Assembly: GCA_035539015.1 (NCBI GenBank)
Contig: DATLJF010000211.1
Span: 3,397 to 67,396, forward strand
Direction of reading: 5' to 3'
Length of the DNA: 64,000 nt
From: Stenotrophomonas sp.
GTDB taxonomy: Bacteria; Pseudomonadota; Gammaproteobacteria; Xanthomonadales; Xanthomonadaceae
The notes under the pieces are model-generated. The model made no database searches, was not told the DNA's origin, and was given only the letters and a program-made list of their open reading frames with translations. Position numbers and translations under genes: made by a program. Below are positions 27,101-35,103 of this stretch, piece after piece; position 1 is the first letter of the stretch, and each line of letters opens with the position of its first letter.

Positions 27101-27382
27101 GCCGCGTTGGGTGGGCCGAACCCTGGCGCGCTATCGCTGCGCGGGCAGCTCGCGTACCAGCAGGCTTCACGCGAGTTCACGCCAACGTTGGCGGCGAAGT
27201 GGTCTGGCGCCGACACCTTCCAGATCAGCGGCGCGCCACTGGCTCGCAATGCGACGTTGGTCGGTGTCAGCCTGCTGGCCCGGCCTTCGCGCAATACGGA
27301 GCTGGAGTTCGGTTATGGCGGCGCGTTCTCACGCCGTAGCCGTGACGGATCGATCAATGGCCGTTTCGAGTGGAAGTTCTGA
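24194..27382 (+). CDS. Autotransporter with subtilisin-like (S8) serine protease passenger
   Basis: GAGGA RBS and a signal peptide. S8 triad context VTDSGV / HGTAVAS / GTSFATPVVTGA. Long beta-helix-like Gly-rich passenger. C-terminal autotransporter barrel ending GRFEWKF. Confidence 0.9.
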   Translation: MPTLPVLELRPSRLCKLQPLTLATALVLSSAACAQAAPGALGAPDSWVTPEFRANQALGMIQAQYAYARGLNGRNIWLGVTDSGVMFDHPELAAVHKQSILVADPLPGGGRCAASPTVTEDACFHATGHSTQVVYQDVPDNIDEATRQTLIENDVRPGASYESHGTAVASQALARRDGTGMHGVAFGANLASARVQAHKYMDLAAAADLPNGITVSQENAPGSWKPAYADMAARGVRVINNSWDVAAIDPKDAEDPEQAQRAAQTREREKDAWAGAARVHGMIQVFAAGNDSAKPPGEGALLPATRPDVERLWLAVANLQSTSTMHSDSTRCGAAAQWCLSAPGTQLLSAEIDPQRSKASATPIRDAAGKVTGLQVEEGIQVGGHSAKTGTSFATPVVTGALAVLMERYPYLDNAQVRDVMLTTATDLGAPGVDPVFGWGALNLRKAIDGPGQLRVDTQVTMNQRAGGAKVWQGEAWDEWRNDIGGPGRLGKDGQGWLRLAGNNTFAGADVRGGMLELTGSNALTGALNVHTGGQLLVAKGALMSVPALTVHSGRARIDGQVSGGSTSVEADGVLEGTGQLGSTRVAGVISPGVEGGARIGQLRVDGDYTHLASALYRVDLAANGDADMLAVSGKARIEGGRIAVTATPSIEQLGQSFTVLTAAKGIEGQFTLPASPSTFLAFVAGYTPTSASLMLGRGLPLGSAAATANQRAVAAAADAQDNRQPLLGSMLTLSPQGARQAFDQLSGEVHASTRALLLESSRIPRETLLARARRSGQASADANSHAPRQGLWARADHQSDRLDGNGNAAAARFDGNVLLAGYDLQLDSGWTLGAMLGHGKGETKVADRQSKARVRANHIGVYAGQHWGPWGLGAGYVHSRQQVKSQRSVTMPGLQETLVAKYDTRTDQAFVEGTYRWSNGQVALEPFLQYTYLRQGKTGVAETGGLAALSGGSPAQDLHLGTAGLRWEAALGGPNPGALSLRGQLAYQQASREFTPTLAAKWSGADTFQISGAPLARNATLVGVSLLARPSRNTELEFGYGGAFSRRSRDGSINGRFEWKF

Positions 27383-27432
27383 GCTGCGGCCAAGCCGCCT
27401 AGGGTGATCGACCCCTCGAACCCGGACCTACC

Positions 27433-27463
27433 GCGCGCCGGCCGTACCAGCCGGCCGGCGCGC
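27433..27463. terminator. Hairpin between convergent genes (likely bidirectional terminator)
   Basis: Perfect 11-bp stem GCGCGCCGGCC / GGCCGGCGCGC with a 9-nt loop, between the autotransporter stop (27382) and the DUF1328 stop (27469). The flanking U-tract is poor. Confidence 0.5.
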
Positions 27464-27468
27464 TGCCT

Positions 27469-27639
27469 TCAAACTTTCTTGGCGATCGACATGCCCACCA
27501 GGAACAGGATCACCGCGATGATGATGCCGGCCCAGAACAGGAACTTGGCAATGCCCATCGAGGCACCGGCCAGGCCGCCGAAGCCGAGCACGCCGGCGAT
27601 GATGCCGATGATGGCGAAAATAATGGCCCACTTGATCAT
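27469..27639 (-). CDS. DUF1328 (UPF0391/YtjA-like) small membrane protein
   Basis: GGAGGA RBS. 56 aa: MIKWAIIFAIIGIIAGVLGFGGLAGASMGIAKFLFWAGIIIAVILFLVG. Confidence 0.85.
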   Translation of the reverse strand: MIKWAIIFAIIGIIAGVLGFGGLAGASMGIAKFLFWAGIIIAVILFLVGMSIAKKV

Positions 27640-27793
27640 GATTCCTCCGCAGATGGCGCGGCACACGCGCCGCTGCTGCGCAAGGTAGGCGGCCCGGCGT
27701 CGGGCCTGGGTGAACAGGGCGCGCAGCGTGCGTGAGTGTCGAACTGGCCGGTGCTCGTGCGTCGTTAGGCTGAGACACTCCCAGGAAACCCAC

Positions 27794-28450
27794 ATGCCCG
27801 CTCCCGAACTGCTCGCCCATCCGTTCTCCTCCTACAGCCAGAAGGTCCTGGTCGCCCTCTACGAGAACGGCACCGACTTCATCTATCGCTCGCTCGAAGA
27901 CGCCGACGCCCAGGCGCTGCTGGCGCAGTGCTGGCCGATCAAGCGCTTCCCGGTGTTGCGCGACGGCGAGCGCACCGTACTGGAGGCCAGTACCATCATC
28001 GAATACCTCGACCTGCACTACCCCGGGCCGCGGCGCTTGCTGCCACAAGACCCGGACCAGGCCTGGCAAGTGCGGATGCTCGATCGCTTCTTCGACAACT
28101 ACATCTCCACGCCGCAGCAGAAGCTGGTGTTCGACCAGCTGCGCCCCGAATCCCAGCGCGACCCCTATGGCGTGGCCGAGGCCCAGCGCATGCTCGACAC
28201 CGCTTATGCCTGGCTGGAGACCCACCTGGACGGCCGCACCTGGGCGGTGGGCGATGACTTCAGCCTGGCCGACTGCGCCGGGGCGCCGTTTCTGTTCTAC
28301 GCCGACTGGACCCACCCCATCGCGCCCGCGTTCGCCCGGGTGCGCGCTTACCGCCAGCGCCTGCTGCAGCGGCCTTCCTTCGCCCGCGCGGTGGAGGAAG
28401 CGCGGCCGTACCGCAGCTACTTCCCGCTCGGGGCACCCGACCGCGACTGA
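27794..28450 (+). CDS. Glutathione S-transferase family protein
   Basis: Thioredoxin-like N-domain (LLAHPFSSYSQKVLVALYENG...FPVLRDG...EASTIIEYL) and a helical C-domain (FSLADCAGAPFLFY). Confidence 0.85.
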   Translation: MPAPELLAHPFSSYSQKVLVALYENGTDFIYRSLEDADAQALLAQCWPIKRFPVLRDGERTVLEASTIIEYLDLHYPGPRRLLPQDPDQAWQVRMLDRFFDNYISTPQQKLVFDQLRPESQRDPYGVAEAQRMLDTAYAWLETHLDGRTWAVGDDFSLADCAGAPFLFYADWTHPIAPAFARVRAYRQRLLQRPSFARAVEEARPYRSYFPLGAPDRD

Positions 28451-28658
28451 GCTTCCGGCAAGCCGGGCGTCGCGGCCCGGGCGGCGGCGCCCGCCTTCAC
28501 ATCCGTGGCCTCATGCATGAATGCGCCGGCCTGGTCTAGAATGCGCGCAAGCGACGCTGAGGATCCCATCCGCCATCGTCGCTTTTTCGTTTCCGCCCCC
28601 ATCCAGGCAAAGTTTCGGCTGCAGCACGCATCCGCGTCCGCCTTCGGAGCCCGATCCC

Positions 28659-29762
28659 ATGCTTTTCGAAACGCTCGACACCAGTGGCCATGAACAGGTC
28701 GTCTTCTGCCACAACAAGGACGCCGGGCTGCGGGCGATCATCGCCCTGCACAGCACCGTCCTCGGCCCGGCCCTGGGCGGCGTGCGCATGCGCCCGTACC
28801 CCAACAGCGAGGCGGCGATCAATGACGCGCTGCGGCTGAGCCGGACGATGACCTACAAGAACGCCCTCGCCGGCCTGAACGTGGGCGGCGGCAAGGCGGT
28901 GATCATCGGCGACCCCAAGACCGACAAGACCGAGGTGCTGTTCCGCGCCTTCGGCCGCTTCGTCGAGTCGCTCGGCGGGCGCTACATCACCTCCGAGGAC
29001 GTCGGCACCGACGTCAACGACATGGAGCAGATCTACCTGGAGAGCGAGTACGTCACCGGCGTGCACCAGGCCCATGGTGGCTCGGGCGACCCGGCGCCGT
29101 TCACCGCCTACGGTGCGCTGCAGGCGCTGATGGCCTCGCTCAACCGCAAGCTTGGCCACGAGGAAGTGAGCAAGGCCAGCATCGCGATCCAGGGCCTGGG
29201 CCACATCGGCATGGAACTGGTGAAGCTGCTGAAGGAACGCGGTGCCAAGTTGATCGTCACCGACCTCGACCCGGCACTGGTCGAACGCGCGGTGAGCGAA
29301 TACGGCGCCGAGGCGGTCAAGCCGGATGAAATCTACGACGTCGCCGCCGATGTCTTCGCGCCGTGCGCATTCGAAGGCGCGATCAACCAGGAAACCCTGG
29401 CCCGGCTGAAGACCAAGATCATCTGCGGCACCGCCAACAACCAGCTGGCCGACGTGGCCACCGGCGAAGAACTGCATCGCCGCGGCATCCTTTACGCACC
29501 GGACTACGTCGTCAACGCTGGCGGGGTGATGAACGTCTCGCTGGAAATCGACGGCTACAACCGCGAGCGGGCGATGCGCTTGATCCGCAGCATCTATCAC
29601 AACCTGGAAAAGGTCTTCTCGCTGTCGGCGCAGGAAAACATCCCGCCGCCGCAAGCCGCCGACCGCATGGCGCAAGCGCGCATCGATGCGATCGGCCGGT
29701 TGAAGCTGCCGCTGGGCCGCACCGCGCCGCGCTTCATCCACAAACTGCGCAACGAGCGCTGA
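28659..29762 (+). CDS. ldh: Leucine (Leu/Phe/Val) dehydrogenase
   Basis: GPALGGVRM..., catalytic Lys motif NVGGGKAVIIGDP, NAD fold IQGLGHIGMELVKLL, CGTANNQL. Confidence 0.9.
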   Translation: MLFETLDTSGHEQVVFCHNKDAGLRAIIALHSTVLGPALGGVRMRPYPNSEAAINDALRLSRTMTYKNALAGLNVGGGKAVIIGDPKTDKTEVLFRAFGRFVESLGGRYITSEDVGTDVNDMEQIYLESEYVTGVHQAHGGSGDPAPFTAYGALQALMASLNRKLGHEEVSKASIAIQGLGHIGMELVKLLKERGAKLIVTDLDPALVERAVSEYGAEAVKPDEIYDVAADVFAPCAFEGAINQETLARLKTKIICGTANNQLADVATGEELHRRGILYAPDYVVNAGGVMNVSLEIDGYNRERAMRLIRSIYHNLEKVFSLSAQENIPPPQAADRMAQARIDAIGRLKLPLGRTAPRFIHKLRNER

Positions 29763-29769
29763 GCCGCCA

Positions 29770-29794
29770 CTGCGCCGGTGAGCGACCGGCGCAG
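29770..29794. terminator. Hairpin between convergent ldh and the autotransporter gene
   Basis: Perfect 10-bp stem CTGCGCCGGT / ACCGGCGCAG with loop GAGCG. No U-tract. Confidence 0.4.
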
Positions 29795-29802
29795 AGGTCG
29801 CT

Positions 29803-32766
29803 TCAAAAACCGAAGGCGTAGCGCAGCGACCAGGCGTGGGCGGGGTTGCTGCCCAGGCGCTGGTCGAAGGCCAGCGCAAGGCTTGCGTTGGATGCCAGGC
29901 GCGCACCTGCGGAAACGCCCAACAGCGTCGAAGCACCCGGCGTCAACATCTGCAACGGTGCCCAGGCATCGACGCCGGTGAAGCTGGCTTGCAGCGTCTG
30001 GCCCTGTGAAGCCAGCGGCTGCTGCCATTCCGCATAGGCATTCCATGTCCAGCGAGGGCCTTCGAACGCCGTGCGCACGCCGCTGATTGCCCATGTGCGC
30101 GAGGTCTCGCCACCGTTGCTGCGCAAGCCGTAACCCAGGCCGCCAGACTCGGCGAAGGCAGGTGTCTGCACCCGCGCATATTGCAGGCCGGCATAGGGCA
30201 TCAGCCGTGCGTGCGCGCCCAGGGTGATCTGGTAGCCGCTCTCCACGCCAGCGCTGGAGAATTGTCCGTCGTAGCGACTGCTGCTGCCGAACCATGCATC
30301 GCCCAGCAGCAGGTGGCGATCCAGGTCGCGCTGGTAATGGCCCGCGCCGATCTGGCCGGTGGCGTAGAAAGCGCCGCTGGACCAACCCGCATAGAGTTGC
30401 GCCTGGGTCTGGCGATCACGGCCGCGGTCGCCCAAGGCGGCAACCTGGCTGTTGCTGCGGTTCTCGCCGAAGGCATAGCCGACCACGGCCTGGCCCATGC
30501 GTACGTCCTGGCCGACCATCCAACCTTGCAGGTCATAACCGCCGGCGCCGCTGGACTGGCCCAGCCCACCGATCTCGCGCATCCAGGCGCCGCCGATTCG
30601 GCTGCGTGCCAATGTCTCGTCCAGATGCAACGCCAGCGCGCGCCGGTTCTGGTCGATGCCATCGAATGTCGCCGCCGAAGACAGCCCATGCAGGCTGCCG
30701 GACAGGCTCTGCAGCGTGGTTTCGAATGCTTCGGCGCTGGCGCTCTGCTGGATCTTCGCTGCGCCCTGCAGCATTGCCGCCGATACGCCCACGGGCGGGG
30801 GCGATGCATCGGCGCTGGTGCCGGCATCGATCTGCGCGAACGTGGCTTCCACCCGCGTGGCCGCCACCAGCGCGGCGGGCGTGATCGTGCCCAGGCTCTG
30901 CGCGGCAACGACCATGTTCATGCGCGACACATCGACCCAGACACTGGTGGCGCCGTAGCCGATGGTCGCTTCCAGCAGCGAGAACGCGCCACTGTTGTAG
31001 CCCAGCGAAGCGAACTGGCCGCTGACGCCGCCGTCGGCGAGCAGCACCTCGGTATGCGCGCGCGCCACATAGCCCTGCCTGGCCGAATAGAAATACAGCT
31101 TGCCGTCCAGCGCGGCGGCGCCGAGTACGTGCAGGGGATCGTTGCCGAGCTGGCTCCAGTACTCGCCATCGCTGCCCTGGGTGAACGCGCCGGCCAACGT
31201 GGTCTGCGGATAAGGGCCCGCGTAGAACACGCCATGATTGACGACATCGCCCTGCAGCCGCGACGTGACGGCCGACCCGGCGGCCGTATCGATGAACAGG
31301 CTGCCGTTGTTTTGGACCCGCCCCTGCAACGAGGCGGCCTGCACGAACAGATTGGACCCCTTGTCGACCAGCACGTCGGAGGCGAACTGATCACTGAGTA
31401 CCACCTGCGCGTTGCCGCTGAGGTGCAATCCACCAACGAAACTGTTGTTGCCGCTGAGCCACAGCCGGGCGTCGCTACCATCATTGCGCAACGCCACGCC
31501 GGCGCCGTCGACGGTGAGGCCACCAGTGCCGCTGATGCCATTGCTCCAGCTGTCCTGGCGCCCGGCCGGCAACACCACGCGCACGTCGCCCCAATCGAAC
31601 TTGCCGGGTCCCTTCAGCGCCTTGGCGACGTTGAGCAGGCCATAGCCGAAGGTCGCATCCACCCCGGGCGTGCCCAGGTCGGTGGCGGTGCCCAACAAGG
31701 TTTGCCGCACCAGGTCGTTGCTGAAATACGGAAATTTCTGCCACACCACCGCCGCAGCGCCCGACACCAGCGGCGCGGCATAGGAGGTGCCGCTGCCGTA
31801 CCAATACGTGGGACTGCCGGCGGTGTCGTTGGTGCCGGTGAACATCACCGTGCCCGGCGCGACCAGGCAGTAGCGCATGGCGATGCCGCACGCGTTGGAA
31901 TAGGACTCCAGGCGGGTCGGCGTGGATGTGTCCAGCGCCGCCACGGTCAGCCAGCCACGCTCCAGGTCGGCCGCAGGCAACGTGCCGCCGGGTCCGGGCT
32001 GGCTGGGCAGCGCGGCCATGTCAGAGGGGCTGGCCTGCGCATCGTTGCCGGCCGCGAACACCACCAGCCCACCATTGCTGGCAATGAAGGGTCGGTATTC
32101 GGCGGCGATCGCAGCGGTGGCGGCCGGGTTGGTCCAGTACAGGCCACCCCAGGAATTGTTCATGACCTTGACCCCGGCGGCGATCAGGTCGTCATGGATC
32201 GGCGCCAGCCCCAACGCACCATCGACTTCATTGCCCTGGCCCGAGCCGTCATCCTCTGGCGCCTTGTCGGCAATGATCCGCGCCGAAACGATCTGCGCGC
32301 CCGGCGCAACGCCGCCAGGCCAGATGCCGAACGTCTTGCCCGCGGCCAGTTGCGCGACCGTGGTGCCGTGGCCGACCACGTCGTCGACGGCAGTGTTGTT
32401 GGCGCGTGGATCCAGATAGGTGTAGTTGGCGACCACCCTGCCCTGCAACGCCGGATGATTGCGATTGACGCCGCTGTCGACCACGCCGATGCGCACGCCG
32501 CTACCGTCGTAGCCGCTCGTGCCCAGGCCCTGTGCATTGATCAGCGACAAGTGCGCATTGACTGCCGGCTGTGGCGGCGGCGGAGGCGAGGTGGGTGGCG
32601 GGGGTGAGGTCGGCGGCGGCGGCGGCGGCGGCGGCGCCACTGGCGGCGAAGTCGGCGGCGCGTCCGAGCGCGTATTGCCGCCTCCACCACCGCCGCCGCA
32701 GGCGCTCAGCGCCAAGGCCAGCGCCGAAGCGAGCAACGTCGTTCTTGCGAGCAACACCTTGTTCAT
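29803..32766 (-). CDS. Lipoprotein-type autotransporter with subtilisin-like (S8) protease passenger (NalP/SphB1-like architecture)
   Basis: ATG 32766 after GGGGGA. Lipobox LALALSAC followed by GGGGGGG and the Pro-rich linker PPTSPPVAPPPPPPPPTSPPPPTSPPPPPQP. S8 triad context VVDSGV / HGTTVAQ / GTSYAAPLVSGA. C-terminal barrel ending LRYAFGF. Confidence 0.9.
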   Translation of the reverse strand: MNKVLLARTTLLASALALALSACGGGGGGGNTRSDAPPTSPPVAPPPPPPPPTSPPPPTSPPPPPQPAVNAHLSLINAQGLGTSGYDGSGVRIGVVDSGVNRNHPALQGRVVANYTYLDPRANNTAVDDVVGHGTTVAQLAAGKTFGIWPGGVAPGAQIVSARIIADKAPEDDGSGQGNEVDGALGLAPIHDDLIAAGVKVMNNSWGGLYWTNPAATAAIAAEYRPFIASNGGLVVFAAGNDAQASPSDMAALPSQPGPGGTLPAADLERGWLTVAALDTSTPTRLESYSNACGIAMRYCLVAPGTVMFTGTNDTAGSPTYWYGSGTSYAAPLVSGAAAVVWQKFPYFSNDLVRQTLLGTATDLGTPGVDATFGYGLLNVAKALKGPGKFDWGDVRVVLPAGRQDSWSNGISGTGGLTVDGAGVALRNDGSDARLWLSGNNSFVGGLHLSGNAQVVLSDQFASDVLVDKGSNLFVQAASLQGRVQNNGSLFIDTAAGSAVTSRLQGDVVNHGVFYAGPYPQTTLAGAFTQGSDGEYWSQLGNDPLHVLGAAALDGKLYFYSARQGYVARAHTEVLLADGGVSGQFASLGYNSGAFSLLEATIGYGATSVWVDVSRMNMVVAAQSLGTITPAALVAATRVEATFAQIDAGTSADASPPPVGVSAAMLQGAAKIQQSASAEAFETTLQSLSGSLHGLSSAATFDGIDQNRRALALHLDETLARSRIGGAWMREIGGLGQSSGAGGYDLQGWMVGQDVRMGQAVVGYAFGENRSNSQVAALGDRGRDRQTQAQLYAGWSSGAFYATGQIGAGHYQRDLDRHLLLGDAWFGSSSRYDGQFSSAGVESGYQITLGAHARLMPYAGLQYARVQTPAFAESGGLGYGLRSNGGETSRTWAISGVRTAFEGPRWTWNAYAEWQQPLASQGQTLQASFTGVDAWAPLQMLTPGASTLLGVSAGARLASNASLALAFDQRLGSNPAHAWSLRYAFGF
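32611..32636. repeat. Trinucleotide simple-sequence repeat (CGG)8 encoding poly-Pro on the minus strand
   Basis: The uninterrupted run CGGCGGCGGCGGCGGCGGCGGCGGCG lies inside the autotransporter linker. It is flanked by imperfect GGTGAGGT/GGCGAGGT units encoding TSPPPP. Confidence 0.85.
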
Positions 32767-32924
32767 GAACCGCGTCCCCCGACGCATTGACCCCACCCCT
32801 TCTATACGTGATCCAACGGCAAATGTCTCGCCCGCCGGCATGTCGGAACAAGGGCTGGCAAAGCGCTTGGCGGGAACACCGCGCGCGGCCGATAATCGGC
32901 GTACTTTCCCAGGTATCCGCTCCC

Positions 32925-34100
<1,176 letters not shown>

Positions 34101-34142
34101 TTGGGGTTCACACCCCCAAGTAAAAGATGAATGCGGGTAAGC

Positions 34143-34170
34143 TTGACACGCGTCTTGGGCTTGTCATCAT
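34143..34170 (+). promoter_or_regulatory. Putative sigma-70 promoter of the first Ala-rich lipoprotein gene
   Basis: TTGACA (34143-34148), 16-nt spacer, CATCAT (34165-34170). About 50 nt upstream of ATG 34223, which has a GAGGA RBS. Confidence 0.4.
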
Positions 34171-34222
34171 GTTGGGGGCGCGCAATAGCGCGTTGCCTAA
34201 CTAACGACGAGGATAGACACAC

Positions 34223-34564
34223 ATGAGCATCAACAAGCTGCTGATCGCGATGGCTCTGGGCCTGGCCCTGACCGCCTGCTCGAAGCCGGAACAGGCGCAG
34301 GACGCCGCTGCTTCGGCCAACGAAGCCGCCACCGACGCCCAGGCCGCTGCCGACCAGGCCGCTGCTTCCGGCGCCCAGACCGCCGACGCTGCCCAGGCTG
34401 CTGCTGACACGGCTGCTACCGCTGCCGACACCGCTGCCGACGCTGCTCAGGCTGCTACCGCCGCCAGCACCGACGCTGCTGCCGACAAGGCTGCCGACAC
34501 CGCCAAGGCTGCGGAAGACACCGCTGACCAGGCCAAGGACGCTGCTGAAGAAGCCAAGAAGTAA
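34223..34564 (+). CDS. Ala-rich low-complexity lipoprotein
   Basis: Lipobox LALTAC. The mature part is almost only A/D/T/Q/K/E repeats (DAAQAAADTAATAADTAADAAQAATAAS...). Strong RBS and a strong terminator. Confidence 0.8.
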   Translation: MSINKLLIAMALGLALTACSKPEQAQDAAASANEAATDAQAAADQAAASGAQTADAAQAAADTAATAADTAADAAQAATAASTDAAADKAADTAKAAEDTADQAKDAAEEAKK

Positions 34565-34593
34565 TAACTTCTTCGCCTCTGGCAAGTCTGAGA

Positions 34594-34624
34594 AAGCCGC
34601 CGGGCAACCGGCGGCTTTTTCTTT
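34594..34624 (+). terminator. Rho-independent terminator
   Basis: GCCGCCGG-GCAA-CCGGCGGC followed by TTTTTCTTT, 30 nt after the stop. Confidence 0.85.
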
Positions 34625-34712
34625 GTGCGGCCCGCTAAGGCGCGTTGCATTCACGTGGCCCACTACGGCCGCCGGACTAAGCTCGGCCTCCCATGACTTC
34701 ACTGGAGTTCCG

Positions 34713-35084
34713 ATGCGTATCCAGACTTCTTTGCTGAGCGGTGCCGTGCTGATGCTGTCGTTGGCGGCCTGCCAGGGCCCGCAGGCCGAGCAGGCCAAGC
34801 GCGACGCGGCCTCGGCCGCCAACAATGCCGCCGCCGCCACCGACCAGGCTGCTGACCGCGCCGCCGCCAAGACCCGGGCCGCTTCCGAGCGCGCTTCGGC
34901 CTATGCGCAGGACGCCGCCCAGGATGCCTCGGTCGCCGCCAACCGCGCCGGCGATGCCACCCGCGACGCCGCTGCCCGTGCAGCGGATGCCACTGCCGAT
35001 GCCGCGCAGACCACCGCCGATAAAGCGCGCACCATGGCCGAGAAGGCGGATCAAGCGGCGAAGGACGACGACACGCACCGTTGA
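34713..35084 (+). CDS. Ala-rich low-complexity lipoprotein (second copy type)
   Basis: TGGAG RBS. Lipobox LSLAAC. Mature part AAATDQAADRAAAKTRAASERASAYAQDAAQDASVAANRAGDATRDAAARAADATADAAQTTADKAR... Confidence 0.75.
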   Translation: MRIQTSLLSGAVLMLSLAACQGPQAEQAKRDAASAANNAAAATDQAADRAAAKTRAASERASAYAQDAAQDASVAANRAGDATRDAAARAADATADAAQTTADKARTMAEKADQAAKDDDTHR

Positions 35085-35103
35085 CCGCCTCGCTGAAGGT
35101 GCT

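Noticed and set aside
30181-32607. 808-aa plus-strand ORF
   Set aside because: It lies antisense to the minus-strand S8 autotransporter. The composition is low-complexity and Arg/Gly/Ala-rich.
32611-32636. Trinucleotide run as an ON/OFF phase-variation switch
   Set aside because: The repeat unit is 3 nt, so slippage preserves the reading frame. It can only vary linker length and cannot switch expression.
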